Shown piece after piece: positions 1 to 10,861 of a DNA stretch of 54,414 nucleotides (position 1 is the first letter of the stretch; each line of letters opens with the position of its first letter). Below the pieces are notes generated by a model. The model did no database searches and was not told where the DNA came from. It saw only the letters and a program-made list of their open reading frames with translations. This DNA comes from Sphaerochaetaceae bacterium (lineage in GTDB: Bacteria; Spirochaetota; Spirochaetia; Sphaerochaetales; Sphaerochaetaceae), in the NCBI GenBank assembly GCA_028691695.1, contig JAQUYU010000001.1:1-54414 (forward strand). The letters run 5' to 3'. A program made the translations under genes and the position numbers.

Positions 1-182
1 TGCTCAATCTGAATAATTCGGGATAAAGCTCGAGTTACCAGCATGAATACTTCCCTAAATAAGGAAGATTAAGTTTATGCAGATACTTTGGCGAAGAATG
101 CGGGATTGACCAAAACAAATACATCTTGAGCATGCCAGAGAACAAATCATTTCAGGTTTGTACCAGATGATAATTGCACCAT

Positions 183-845
183 TTAGCCGTGGACAAAACC
201 AAGCCATGCCATTCCTATCAGATTCTTGCCAGATAAGGAAAGAGCATCCATTGCAGAGAACATGGTTGTTCCTGTAGTGCAGATATCATCAATGAGTATT
301 ATGTTCTTCTCGCAGCAGTCCGAAATTTCCTTTGAAATTGAGAACATCTTGTCCATTTCATTGATCCGGTCCTTGCGGGAAAGGCTTTTCTGCTCAATGT
401 CCGCCTTGCGTTTCAGGGCGGGTGTCCAAGGAAGCCCGATCTTCCGTGCAATGAGCTTCATCTGGTCAAACCCTCTTCGCTTCAAGCCGCTTGCGCTTGC
501 AGGTACAGGAACGATCCTGACACCTCCTTCCAGATGAAGGCTTTCAATGTGATAGCGAAAGACCTCTGCAACTGCGGGAATGCCGCGCTTGAAACCCGAG
601 AACTTTATGTCCTCAATGATTTTCCTGGAAATGCCTTCATAAGGGCTGATGATGAAGATCTTACTAAGCGGATGCGAAGAGCAGAAACGGCAACGATGAT
701 CTTCGAACGGAACAAGGCTGTAGCACTCAGGGCAGCGCTTGAAAGCCTTGTCATAGAACTGATTGCTTATCTTTTCCCAGCAGCTTGGGCACAAGGCATG
801 TCCATCGGAAAACTCATTGCATAAAACACATCGGCTCAGAAGCAT
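183..845 (-). CDS. comF: ComF family protein (double zinc-ribbon N-terminus plus phosphoribosyltransferase domain)
   Basis: 220 aa ORF. CxxC...CxxC and CxxC...CxxC pairs lie near the N-terminus (CVLCNEF..CPSCWEK; CPECYS..CRFCSS). A PRTase PRPP loop lies near the C-terminus (IILIDDICTTGTT). The start overlaps the mutS stop by 10 nt. Confidence 0.75.
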   Translation of the reverse strand: MLLSRCVLCNEFSDGHALCPSCWEKISNQFYDKAFKRCPECYSLVPFEDHRCRFCSSHPLSKIFIISPYEGISRKIIEDIKFSGFKRGIPAVAEVFRYHIESLHLEGGVRIVPVPASASGLKRRGFDQMKLIARKIGLPWTPALKRKADIEQKSLSRKDRINEMDKMFSISKEISDCCEKNIILIDDICTTGTTMFSAMDALSLSGKNLIGMAWLGFVHG

Positions 846-3421
846 CTGGCCTTTTCCTTGAGCTTCTGAAGCTCGACCATGGCCTGAAATGGAGTGGAGC
901 TGTCAATATCGAAATCAAGGATTTCATGAACAAGCTCCTCGGCCTTGATGCTGGAAAGCCTTGCCTCTTCAAGACTGTCCCTAAGCTCCGAATCCGGTGC
1001 ATCGGCAAAAAGCGAATCCTGGACTCCTGTTCCGTAATCTGCGAAATGCTTCTTCTGGAACTTCGCTGCTTCACGAATCACCGAAGCAGGTATCCCTGCC
1101 ATTCGGGCAACATGAAGAGCGTAGGAAGAACTTGCAGTGCCTGGAATAAGCTTACGCAGGAACTGAATAGTTGAAGGGGTTTCCTTCACAGAAAGGGTGT
1201 AAAGAGCCATTCCAGTGGTATCCATCATGGCTAATTCATGGAAATGGGTAGCAAATAGCGTCTTCGAGCCTCTTTCCAGAAGGAAGCGGATGATTGCATA
1301 TGCAATGGACATTCCTTCCTGCGTGCTCGTCCCTCGTCCGATCTCATCCATGATTACAAGAGACCTGCGTGTGCATGTTCTTATTATGAAAGAAGCTTCC
1401 TGCATTTCAACAAGGAAAGTCGACTCTCCCTTTGCAAGATTGTCCGAAGCCCCTACCCTGCAGAAAATCTTGTCCGTGATTCCAATAACTGCACTCTGGG
1501 CAGGAACGAAGCTGCCGATATGGGCAAGCAGAACAATCAAGGCAGTCTGTCTCAGATAGGTGGATTTTCCAGCCATGTTCGGACCGGTAATCAGGAAAAA
1601 GCGCTGATCCATTATCGTATCGTTTGGTACGAAGGCCGAAGGAGGAAGATTATTCTCTACGACAGGATGCCGTCCGCCATGAATTTCAAGGACATCATCA
1701 CTGACAATAGCAGGGCAGCAGTATGAAGCGATCACCGCTTGAGAGGCAAAGCTCTGGAAGCAGTCTATGGTGCTGAGAAAGCGACCGATGCTGTTGAGTT
1801 CGGAAGAATATGAAGCAGCAGCTTCAAGAAGCTTGTCATAAAGCTCTTTCTCCCTCTTTTCTGCTTCAGAGGCAGCCATCTGGCTTTCGATTTCCAAAGA
1901 AGAAAGCTCTTCTGTCGTATAACGTTCACAGTTCACAAGCGTCTGGCGTCTGAAGAACGAATCAGGAACCTTCGGAATCTGTGATTTCGGAACCTCGACA
2001 ACATAACCTGAAACTCTGGAATAGACAATCCGCATTATCGTGATTCCTGTCTCAGCCTTGATCTTCTGAAGATACTGATCGAAGAGCTCATCGCTTCGGC
2101 TCACCATGCTGCGATGCTTGTCAAGCTCCGGGTCATAGCCATCGATTATCACACTGCCTGTGAGAAACGGACCAGTGCACTCCTCGCTTACTGAATGCTC
2201 AAGCTCCATCATGAGATCGGCAAGCTTGCCGATCTTGTCTGAATCAAGGTTGTCAGGAAGCAATGAAGCGTACTTTTCGCTTTGCCTCTGCATCAGAGTG
2301 AAGAAAGAGCCAAGGGTCTGCTTAATTCCAACAAGATCGCGAGGAATAGCACGCTTCAGCACAACCCTGTTTGCCAGTCTCTGGAGATCCATCGTGGACG
2401 AGAGCTCCTGACGGGCAGCATCAAGTTCGGCTTTGTTTGCTACGAACCATCTCACCCAGTCCTGACGGAAATCTATCTCCTCGATCCGCACAAGCGGAAA
2501 GCTCAGCCAGCTTTCAAGCATCCTACGGCCGCCGGATGTGACTGTACGGCAGATAGTATCGAACAAAGAATACCTCTGGCTGTGATCCTGGCTGTTTTCA
2601 AACAGTTCAAGATTCTTCCTCGTCGATTCATCAATCTGAAGATACTCGGCCTCGCTTACAACTGAGCAGTTGAAATAGGCTTTGCTTGAAATCTTAGCCG
2701 TTTCCTTCACATACCTCAGAATAGCACCTGCCGGAGCTAGAAGGCGGTCGTTCTCCTTGATTCCAAAGCCTTGGAGACTTACTGCGCCAGTGGCCTGGCA
2801 GAGAAGATCGTAACCGCTTTTGACTGAGAAATACGAAGCTGGAAGCTTGTCAATCATGCATTTGCGGGAATCAAGCGCTTCCTTGAAATCAGGCTTCAGG
2901 AAATATTCATCATCGCAGACAATGATTTCAGAAGGCCGAATCTGTTCCATTACAGTAAGAATCGAATCGATCCTTCCCGTTTCTGAAAGAGCCTTGAGCC
3001 TTAGATCACCAGTGGTAATGTCGCAGTAAGCACAGGTATCGCCGAAAATTGCAAGAAGATAGTTGAAAGAACCTGATTCCAGGAACTCCTGTTCCACGAC
3101 AGTGGCAGGAGTTATGACCTGGATGACCTCGCGCTTGGCGATCTGGCTGGGTTTGTCCGAAAGCTCAAGCTGCTCGCAGATTGCTATCTTCTTTCCAAAA
3201 CCTAGAAGACGCTTGATGTAGTTCTTCGCAGCATGGAAAGGAATCCCGCACATCGGTGAAGAACTCCGATGTGTGAGAGTGAGGTTCAGAAGCCTGGAGA
3301 TCTCAATGGCGTCCTCATCGAACATCTCATAGAAATCGCCAAGCCTGAAAAACAGAACCTCATCCTTGTACTTCTCCTTGATGGAAAAGTACTGCTGCAT
3401 CAACGGTGTGTCCTCTGCCAA
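836..3421 (-). CDS. mutS: DNA mismatch repair protein MutS
   Basis: 861 aa. The N-terminal mismatch-binding domain reads TPLMQQYFSIKEKYKDEVLFFRLGDFYEMF. Walker A is GPNMAGKSTYLRQ and Walker B region is MDEIGRGTST. Confidence 0.95.
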   Translation of the reverse strand: MAEDTPLMQQYFSIKEKYKDEVLFFRLGDFYEMFDEDAIEISRLLNLTLTHRSSSPMCGIPFHAAKNYIKRLLGFGKKIAICEQLELSDKPSQIAKREVIQVITPATVVEQEFLESGSFNYLLAIFGDTCAYCDITTGDLRLKALSETGRIDSILTVMEQIRPSEIIVCDDEYFLKPDFKEALDSRKCMIDKLPASYFSVKSGYDLLCQATGAVSLQGFGIKENDRLLAPAGAILRYVKETAKISSKAYFNCSVVSEAEYLQIDESTRKNLELFENSQDHSQRYSLFDTICRTVTSGGRRMLESWLSFPLVRIEEIDFRQDWVRWFVANKAELDAARQELSSTMDLQRLANRVVLKRAIPRDLVGIKQTLGSFFTLMQRQSEKYASLLPDNLDSDKIGKLADLMMELEHSVSEECTGPFLTGSVIIDGYDPELDKHRSMVSRSDELFDQYLQKIKAETGITIMRIVYSRVSGYVVEVPKSQIPKVPDSFFRRQTLVNCERYTTEELSSLEIESQMAASEAEKREKELYDKLLEAAASYSSELNSIGRFLSTIDCFQSFASQAVIASYCCPAIVSDDVLEIHGGRHPVVENNLPPSAFVPNDTIMDQRFFLITGPNMAGKSTYLRQTALIVLLAHIGSFVPAQSAVIGITDKIFCRVGASDNLAKGESTFLVEMQEASFIIRTCTRRSLVIMDEIGRGTSTQEGMSIAYAIIRFLLERGSKTLFATHFHELAMMDTTGMALYTLSVKETPSTIQFLRKLIPGTASSSYALHVARMAGIPASVIREAAKFQKKHFADYGTGVQDSLFADAPDSELRDSLEEARLSSIKAEELVHEILDFDIDSSTPFQAMVELQKLKEKARCF

Positions 3422-3430
3422 TTTCCGCCT

Positions 3431-5971
3431 CTAGATCAAGCTGGTAGAAATTGCAAGGACAAGCTTCGTGCCTCCGAAAAGGCTGCCGTTGTCCCATGCG
3501 AATCCAGCGCTCTTATCAACATTGAAAGTCGCATCCTTTACAATGTAAAGGCCAAGCGGGAAACCTGCGATCTTGAGCTTCACGCCAGCACCGCCGGCAA
3601 AGTACCATCCAAGATTGTTCCATGTTGCATTCTCCAATGTCTTGCTTCCAGCAGTAGCAGTAGTGAACAGCTCGAAATTAAGAACATCCCGTACTATTGG
3701 GTAGGAAACCTCTACAGAGTTGTCCCATAGCATCGAGAAGCCGTAGGTAACATCAAAGCCACGTGCGATAGTCATTCCATCGATGTAGAGCATCTCGTAT
3801 TTCGTTGCACCTTCCGAAGCAGCTTTCCAGCTCCAGACGCTATCCTTTCTGGAGAACTGAGGAAGCATCATCGAGAAAGTCGATGAAACGCTCAGGACAC
3901 AATTATTGGTTACGTTCTCTTTGTTCGTGATCCCGAAGAGCTTGATGTATCCAGCAGCAGAGCTTACAGACTTGATATAGTTCGAAAGCCCGCCGAGCAG
4001 ACCTCCTGCATATGTGAATGTCTGGCTCAGAACGTAGCCCTTTGTCGTATAGTAGACGAGGTCTCGCCCATCCCACTGGAATCCAAGCGAAAGCTTGTTC
4101 GAGAACTGCCATCTCTGTCCGTATTTGAAGATAAGCTCTTCAAATGGATTGTATTTGGCTTTGTCGTAATAGGCACGGTTCAATCCGATAGAAAGGCCTG
4201 ACGAGAACCCTAGACGTCCAGGCTGGAATACAAAAGTATATCCTGTTGTATAGCCGAGGCTGAATGATAGCAGATTGTACTTCATCAGATAATTTGAATC
4301 AGGAGATGCAAAATCCGCTGCCTTGTAGGCTTCATAGCTTGAATAGCCAAGCGGATAAGCATAAGTATCGGCTTTTCCGTCATCCCTCTTGGATCCTAGA
4401 CCGACTTGATAATCATCATCTATTGATGATCTGGAAAAAGACAACGCGATCTTGTTGGACCATCTCTTATTGCCGAACCAGTCGTCACCCAAAGAAAGCT
4501 CTACAGACTGGGTGTCAGGAGAAAGCGTAGTGCTCACCGCAAGGTCACGGCCGGTGCCTGCAAGGTTGCCGTCGTTCCATTTGAGGAAGCCGGAAACAGG
4601 GAATCCTGAGACATTGCCTCCGAATGTGGCGCCGAACTGGATGTCCATCTGCTTGCCTTCGGTAAGGTCAAATTCTACAATAACATCCTTTCCGTTCGGG
4701 TCAGTATCAAGCTTGTAAGAAAGGTTTGTCAGAAGACCGGTATTGTAAAGATTCTGATAGCTGGTAATAAGATCTGCCTTGGAGAACACCTGCCCTTCCT
4801 TGAGCTGAACTTCACGCTTGAATACATACTCCTTGGTCTTTTCAAGCCCGTTGAACACGATCTTCGAAACTGAAGCCTGACCGTTCTCGACGAGCGAAAG
4901 CGTATACTTGACTTCAAGATTCTGGTCGTCACGCTGCTCGTTGAGACTCGGTGACATATAGATATATCCATCATTGTAATACAGGTCCGTGATTGACGTG
5001 ATAACTGAAGACAGTGTTTCAAGATTGTCAACAGATCCTGGTTCCATGGTAACCAAAGCATCTATCTCATCATCGGAGAATACAGCATTGCCTGTCACAT
5101 CAAGCCCGCCGAACTTCCATTGCAGCCCTTCATCTATTACGAAGACAACCTTGATTTCCTGATAGTCCTTTGGTTTCTTGCCTTCGTCCGGTTCGATGAC
5201 TTCATACCTTATGTCTGTTACAAGAGCATCGATGAACCCGTTTTTCTGGTAATAGCCGACAATGGATTTTGAATCCTGTTCTGTAGTGGATTTGTCAAGA
5301 TAGCCGGCGTTGAACAAGGATTTGACCTTTGATGAAACCTGAGCGTTGAGAACCGTAGCCTTAGCAAATGAATTGCCTTCGAAAGCAATCTCCACTACCC
5401 GCTGCTGGACACCTTCGGTTATCTCGAAGGAAAGCGAAACGGTATTTGCTGCCTGATCCTCCGTATAGGAAGGAATCACATCAACAGTCTCGAATCCTTT
5501 CTTCTTATATACGGCTGAAATCTCACTCACCGGAAGATTGAGCTTTGAAGAAATCGTCGCATCGAAGAAACTGCCTGAAGCAACGGATTTGATACCATCC
5601 TGAATATCCTTAGTCTTGACTTTCGAGTTGCCAGTGAAGGTTATTGAGGAGACCGTTGGTATTTCATGGAAAGTGAAATTCACGGAAATATTGCCCGAAT
5701 CAGCAATGAAATCCGATGCTATGTCAATGTATGAAACGCCTTCGATATCGTAGAGCTTTCCCACGAGTTCAAGGAAAAGATCGTCAGTGTACTGCTTTCC
5801 GATATACGAAAAAATCGCATCATCCACCGTTGTGCTTGAAATATGAACAAGACCGTCGTATTTGATCTCCTGAAGGATCTTTCCGGTCATATCATCAGTT
5901 GCTGCAGCTGCAGAGAACGAAGCGAATATCAAGACAATTGAAAGAATTGCCAGTATTTTTCTTTTATTCAT
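3431..5971 (-). CDS. bamA: Outer membrane protein assembly factor BamA (POTRA repeats plus C-terminal beta-barrel)
   Basis: 846 aa with a cleavable signal peptide (MNKRKILAILSIVLIFASFSAAAA). The N-terminal half has POTRA-like repeats and the C-terminal half is rich in Gly and aromatic residues, as in Omp85 barrels. It sits directly downstream of a TamB-like gene. Confidence 0.8.
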   Translation of the reverse strand: MNKRKILAILSIVLIFASFSAAAATDDMTGKILQEIKYDGLVHISSTTVDDAIFSYIGKQYTDDLFLELVGKLYDIEGVSYIDIASDFIADSGNISVNFTFHEIPTVSSITFTGNSKVKTKDIQDGIKSVASGSFFDATISSKLNLPVSEISAVYKKKGFETVDVIPSYTEDQAANTVSLSFEITEGVQQRVVEIAFEGNSFAKATVLNAQVSSKVKSLFNAGYLDKSTTEQDSKSIVGYYQKNGFIDALVTDIRYEVIEPDEGKKPKDYQEIKVVFVIDEGLQWKFGGLDVTGNAVFSDDEIDALVTMEPGSVDNLETLSSVITSITDLYYNDGYIYMSPSLNEQRDDQNLEVKYTLSLVENGQASVSKIVFNGLEKTKEYVFKREVQLKEGQVFSKADLITSYQNLYNTGLLTNLSYKLDTDPNGKDVIVEFDLTEGKQMDIQFGATFGGNVSGFPVSGFLKWNDGNLAGTGRDLAVSTTLSPDTQSVELSLGDDWFGNKRWSNKIALSFSRSSIDDDYQVGLGSKRDDGKADTYAYPLGYSSYEAYKAADFASPDSNYLMKYNLLSFSLGYTTGYTFVFQPGRLGFSSGLSIGLNRAYYDKAKYNPFEELIFKYGQRWQFSNKLSLGFQWDGRDLVYYTTKGYVLSQTFTYAGGLLGGLSNYIKSVSSAAGYIKLFGITNKENVTNNCVLSVSSTFSMMLPQFSRKDSVWSWKAASEGATKYEMLYIDGMTIARGFDVTYGFSMLWDNSVEVSYPIVRDVLNFELFTTATAGSKTLENATWNNLGWYFAGGAGVKLKIAGFPLGLYIVKDATFNVDKSAGFAWDNGSLFGGTKLVLAISTSLI

Positions 5972-5996
5972 TTGAACTCCCGTAATCTATTGATAA

Positions 5997-8900
5997 TCAA
6001 AACTGAATGCTCTTGGTTACACTGAATCCCATAGTATCGAAAAGATTGAAAACGGACAACTCTTCAGGCTGAGCGAAGATTGTGAAAGTCGCAAGCGGGT
6101 TGTCCCAGTCAACGCTTACTTCAAGATCAAGCTTCAGGTCATTTGAAATGAAGCCTCCTCCGCTTGAATCAGCAGCAAGGCTTATCGTGGTCTGGAAGAA
6201 GATATCCTGTGCAAGGTACTTTCCAGCATAGATGCTTGTTCCATTGAGGTACTTGGACATCGGCGAAAGATCAGAGTTGAAGACACTTCCTGGAAGTGCA
6301 TCAATCACAATATTCTGAAGCAAATTGGTTCTGATGGAGAAAATATCCAATCCCAGCGAGTCCCTTATGATGTTCGTAAGCCCGAGGTTCGCCGCTCCTG
6401 TCTGGATCAATCCGAGCTTTCCTACTGCTTCTGCAGCCGCAACAGTCACTGATGCAATGGATGAAAGGCTCATCGAAGCAGTGTTGAAAACCGAATCTGG
6501 AAGGATGCTTTCGCCGAGCATCTGCAGTATCTGATCTTCAGGAAGCGACGGAATACTCGTGAAATGAGGCTCGATATTCGTCAGTGAAGAATTCTGGAGA
6601 TTCAGATAGATATCGACCTTGTTGCCGCTGCTGTCATAGTCCCGCATCTTTGCCCTGAGGTCAATCGAAATGTTCAAATCTCCTGTCTGAGAGATGAGAC
6701 CCTCTCCAAAAGATATCTTTCCTTCAGTGATGAGGAAGTCCTTCTGGAAATAATAGATCTCCCCGCCTCGAAGAGAAATCGAACCTGAAGCGTCGAGCTT
6801 CAATGTTGTCGAATTGAAATCAATGGAAATCCTGTCATTCTCGTTTATCTTCAGATTCAGGATTGGATTGCTCGTATTAGGATAGCAGACTGAATTGTTT
6901 TTTAGGAAATCTATATCGAATGTGAAATCAGAAAGACCCTTGACCTTCGAGAACCATTTGGGTACATCCTTGTCAGTCAGGTCGAAGTCAATCAGCATGT
7001 TCGAAAGCGTCAAAGGACCGCTGAGATAGTCGGTGCCGTCATATCCTATATGAACCGAGCCACCTACATCCGCTGTTGCATCAAGACTTACCTCAAGAAC
7101 TGGAACCCAAAGAGGAATCGTTACAGAATCGGGAAGCTTTACATACACATCATATCCAAATGGAGCAATGTTCATCCAAGCAGAAATCGTACCATAAGAC
7201 CGCTGGAATGTCTTTTTATTGAAGATTTCCACCCTTGTATCAGCAAGGAAGCACTCTGTTCCTGCCAAGGCAATGGATGCATTGCTTGCTGTGAATACAG
7301 TATCAGGCACCCAGAAAACAGACATCGAGAACTTGTCAGCATAAAGCATTCCAGTCAGCTGAATGTCATCAATGCTGCCGGTTGCAATCAACGAACCGGT
7401 GATGACCCCGTCTTCCACAGGTTCCGTTGAAAGATCGGCAAGGTCGTTTATAATAACCATAGGAATGTTCAAGGACGAAACTTCAATGTCAAGGTTTTCC
7501 AGATCCGCAATGCCCTGTGCAGTAATTCCAAGCCCCCAGATCGGGTCGAGATCCAGACTGAACTGATTGCTGTCCAGCTCGTATGATGCATCGATGTACT
7601 GACCTTTGGCAAATGCCTTGTTCTTCTCCAGCTTGAGATCCAATTCATCAGGCTTGAAGCTGGAATCGCCAAGGCTGAATTGCTCGATTGAGAACTTTGC
7701 AGAAAGGTTATCAAGCAGCGCTGAAGAATCAAAGGAATAATCCAGCAGTGAAAGCGGTGATTTCTTCACCGAATCAAAGAAACTGCCAACTTCCTTTGCA
7801 ATGGAAGAAGCATCTGCATCCAGCACCCCTTTGAAAATGTATGTCTTGTCCCCTGGATAGAATGAAACTGAATGCGAAGCCTCAATATCAGAAATCACAT
7901 GGCCAGTTGCAGGATTGAAGCTGATGGATGAGCTTCCGAAATCAATCCCTCCGAACGAAGAATCGACATTGTGTATCAGATAAGAATCCTTTCCGAGAAT
8001 CAGATCAGCAGCTGCATAGTCATCTCCCTTGCCATAGGAGAAATGCCCATAGGCTGGCTGAGCTTTGCGTCCAAGCATCGAAGCATCGACGATTCCCGTT
8101 CCGCCGAACCGTTCCAGATTGAACTTCTTTGCCTCAACCAGATACCGTCCCTCAACAAATGAAGCCTGGATTGACTCTCCTTCTGCACTTGAAAGATCAA
8201 CAGCAGCAGATGAGGATTCATCGAAGAGCTTGTCCAGACTCTGGTAATCCGCCCATGCATTGCCGGTAAACAGATCATCAAGATCATTTCCGAACCGTAT
8301 CCCGTTCAAAGTGAAACGCTGCGTGTCGGCATGAAGATCGAATCCAAGCATCTTGAACTTGTCTCCTGACAGAGAAAAATCATTAATGTCGAGGTTGAAC
8401 AAGTCGCTGTCCGTTCTGTACAGCCCTGATAGGTTCAGGTTCAGATTCCAGTTATTACCTCCGGGAAGCCTCAGCTGGAAATCATCAAGAACGGCATCAA
8501 TGCTGAGCCTGCTGTCCTGATACTTAGCAGAAAGCTCCAGTCCTTGTGTCGAAGCACTGAACGCAAGGCTGGCAAAATCAAGAGAGGCCTTCACATCATA
8601 TGAAGCATTGCTGTACTTAAGAGCAGAATCAATCGTGAAAACAGAATCCTCACCTATTCCCAGCGTCCCTGAGAAGTCAAAATCCGGATTCTGAGCCAGC
8701 AGCAGAGTGAATCCATATGAGCGGCTTTGCAGTGAAGAAATCTGAAGAGATGCTAGCTCGGAAGCATCAATTGCTTTCTTCAATGAAAGAGTGCCATCGA
8801 TTCCGATAGCATCAGTGCTTATGCTTCCGTCGTAATCCAAGCGGTACTGATCGCTAGCCAGGATCAGCTTGTCCACAGAAAGGCGGTTCCCATCTGCTGC

Positions 8901-10763
8901 GCCATTGAAAGAAACCGAGAAGTTGAGCTTCTCCTTGCCAAGGTGGAAATTCCTTACAGCGAGATCAAAGAAAGAAGCGGCTTCAAGCGGATCCGTCCCT
9001 CTCAATTCGCCATTGAAGTACAGATCGGCTTCTGTATCATCCGAAATCATCGCCCTTGCTTCTTCTGGAAGCATCGAATAGAAACGGCTGTATCTAGATG
9101 GCTTGAAATCCTCAAGTCTTCCGGAAGCCTTTCCCGTCATGGTTCCAAGATCCAAATCTGCCTGGATCCTCACCGCATCGCCGATGCTTGCAGACACAGA
9201 AGCCTTGGCATTCTCAAGAGGATTCTTCGAGCATGAGGCACTCAGGCTTATAGCATCTGGAAGCGACTCAAGATCGAGACTGCTGATTTCGGCATTGCCC
9301 GAAAACTCCTCTTTGGAACTGAAGCTGAAGTCACAGAGAAGGTTCATCGAGAACTTTCCTGCAAACTTGCTGTCTGCCTCCCCAGAGACCGACGCAAAAG
9401 CATCTCCTCTGAGTACCTGTGGAGTAATATAATAATCAAGGGAAAGCTCTGAAACCTGAGCCAACGGTACTCCGAACCTATCAAGTCCAAGAGCTGAAAG
9501 CCCATAGAGGGAAGCATTTCCTGTGAACTTAAGGCTGTCCAGAACGGCATCACCTTTTGCTGAAACCGAAGCAAGAGTCACGGACTGCTCTTTATACCTG
9601 CCGTATACATCGGATGCAGTCACCGTATAATTCAAGCTTCCAGAAGGCATTCCATCTGATGCAATAATCAAGCTCCCTGCACTGGCATCCCATCCAGAAC
9701 CCGAAGCATTCAATGATGACGCCGAAGCACTGAGAACCGCATTGCCATCAGAAAGCCCATAGCTTCCCGAAACAGAAATCTCACCTGCTTCTGCCTTGAT
9801 GCCCTGCACTTTCCCTTGAGCTTTCTTTGCATATACCAAGCCTGAAGCAGAACCGGCATCGTCCTTCTTTAGAATGTACTTATCAATCAATGCACCGGCT
9901 TGGGCTTCGGCATAAAGACCATCTATGCTGAAAAGCCCATAAGTCAGGCGTTCTGAAGATAGAGAAAGCTTCATGCTGCTATCAAGTGCAACTTTGAGGC
10001 CCTTTGCATTCAGATCCATGCCTTCAAGCTGTCCTGCATTGATGTTGGCCGAGATGAATTCAAGCCCGGGTTTCAGAGACAGCGCGCTTTCCAGTTCCGA
10101 CGCCTTGAGATGAATTCCCTGCAAATTGACTTCTGCGCTTCCATCCACGATCCAGAGCCTGAGTCCAGTCCTGCTGATTAAAGAGGAAATGAGCTTTCCT
10201 TTCTTATCCGAACCATCGATTTCATTCCGATTCCTTTCGTCTAGTGCCATCTTATAGCTGGTCTTGAGGTCAGAGGAATACTGATCCAGGTCCATCACGT
10301 AGCTTTCATCTGACTGGCTTTCTTTGGCCAAACCCTGATTCTTCACCGCATCAAGTAGTTTCTGAAGCTGCTCATCATCGAGGGTTATCACAGGCGAATT
10401 GAGCCGGATATCGTAAACATCTTCTCCAGTGAATATGTGCTTCACGAGGCTCTGAAGAGATGCAGACAGCTCTAGGCTGCTCGCATTGAGAATGCTCTGG
10501 CCATCCACATCAAGTTCCACATCATGGAAAACAAGCTTCTGGAAGAACATCCTGTCCATTGAACCGAACTTGAATGAAAGCGGATCGGGCAGATCAATCT
10601 TTTCAAGCAATGCCTCTACGCTGTTCTGGGCAAATTGAGGGAATGGAAACACAATGACACAGGCAGCAATCAGAACTGCAAGAAGAACTGAGACTATTAC
10701 GGCAGTCGGTGTCACTCGGAATTTCATCGACTGCATTATACCAATTGAAACGATTGTCCTCAA
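5997..10763 (-). CDS. tamB: TamB-like translocation and assembly module protein (N-terminal membrane anchor, long beta-rich body, DUF490-like C-terminus)
   Basis: 1588 aa. A single N-terminal hydrophobic anchor (VIVSVLLAVLIAACVIVFPF) is followed by a very long Ser/Asp/Gly/Leu-rich region. The C-terminus ends in ...MGFSVTKSIQF. The gene lies 25 nt upstream of bamA. The true start may be an internal Met (10736 or 10727). Confidence 0.7.
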   Translation of the reverse strand: MRTIVSIGIMQSMKFRVTPTAVIVSVLLAVLIAACVIVFPFPQFAQNSVEALLEKIDLPDPLSFKFGSMDRMFFQKLVFHDVELDVDGQSILNASSLELSASLQSLVKHIFTGEDVYDIRLNSPVITLDDEQLQKLLDAVKNQGLAKESQSDESYVMDLDQYSSDLKTSYKMALDERNRNEIDGSDKKGKLISSLISRTGLRLWIVDGSAEVNLQGIHLKASELESALSLKPGLEFISANINAGQLEGMDLNAKGLKVALDSSMKLSLSSERLTYGLFSIDGLYAEAQAGALIDKYILKKDDAGSASGLVYAKKAQGKVQGIKAEAGEISVSGSYGLSDGNAVLSASASSLNASGSGWDASAGSLIIASDGMPSGSLNYTVTASDVYGRYKEQSVTLASVSAKGDAVLDSLKFTGNASLYGLSALGLDRFGVPLAQVSELSLDYYITPQVLRGDAFASVSGEADSKFAGKFSMNLLCDFSFSSKEEFSGNAEISSLDLESLPDAISLSASCSKNPLENAKASVSASIGDAVRIQADLDLGTMTGKASGRLEDFKPSRYSRFYSMLPEEARAMISDDTEADLYFNGELRGTDPLEAASFFDLAVRNFHLGKEKLNFSVSFNGAADGNRLSVDKLILASDQYRLDYDGSISTDAIGIDGTLSLKKAIDASELASLQISSLQSRSYGFTLLLAQNPDFDFSGTLGIGEDSVFTIDSALKYSNASYDVKASLDFASLAFSASTQGLELSAKYQDSRLSIDAVLDDFQLRLPGGNNWNLNLNLSGLYRTDSDLFNLDINDFSLSGDKFKMLGFDLHADTQRFTLNGIRFGNDLDDLFTGNAWADYQSLDKLFDESSSAAVDLSSAEGESIQASFVEGRYLVEAKKFNLERFGGTGIVDASMLGRKAQPAYGHFSYGKGDDYAAADLILGKDSYLIHNVDSSFGGIDFGSSSISFNPATGHVISDIEASHSVSFYPGDKTYIFKGVLDADASSIAKEVGSFFDSVKKSPLSLLDYSFDSSALLDNLSAKFSIEQFSLGDSSFKPDELDLKLEKNKAFAKGQYIDASYELDSNQFSLDLDPIWGLGITAQGIADLENLDIEVSSLNIPMVIINDLADLSTEPVEDGVITGSLIATGSIDDIQLTGMLYADKFSMSVFWVPDTVFTASNASIALAGTECFLADTRVEIFNKKTFQRSYGTISAWMNIAPFGYDVYVKLPDSVTIPLWVPVLEVSLDATADVGGSVHIGYDGTDYLSGPLTLSNMLIDFDLTDKDVPKWFSKVKGLSDFTFDIDFLKNNSVCYPNTSNPILNLKINENDRISIDFNSTTLKLDASGSISLRGGEIYYFQKDFLITEGKISFGEGLISQTGDLNISIDLRAKMRDYDSSGNKVDIYLNLQNSSLTNIEPHFTSIPSLPEDQILQMLGESILPDSVFNTASMSLSSIASVTVAAAEAVGKLGLIQTGAANLGLTNIIRDSLGLDIFSIRTNLLQNIVIDALPGSVFNSDLSPMSKYLNGTSIYAGKYLAQDIFFQTTISLAADSSGGGFISNDLKLDLEVSVDWDNPLATFTIFAQPEELSVFNLFDTMGFSVTKSIQF

Positions 10764-10861
10764 TAAAAAAGCAAGCCATGTTGGTGAAGATTAGCTGGCG
10801 TTTTCAGCAAACATTCCTAGAATGCCTGAAAAATCATGGTGCACTTAGTCAGTGACCAGAA

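Noticed and set aside
1-44. Possible start of another minus-strand gene (ATG at 44..42 preceded by AGGGAAG, MLVTRALSRIIQIE...) running off the window
   Set aside because: Only 14 codons are visible, so neither coding status nor identity can be supported.
226-10763. Numerous 60-150 aa ORFs antisense to or out of frame with comF, mutS, bamA and tamB, with similar ORFs inside every other large gene in the window
   Set aside because: Each is fully contained within a longer ORF that carries clear family motifs. They have low-complexity or Arg/Ser/Pro-rich compositions typical of antisense frames. None has an SD or intergenic context.
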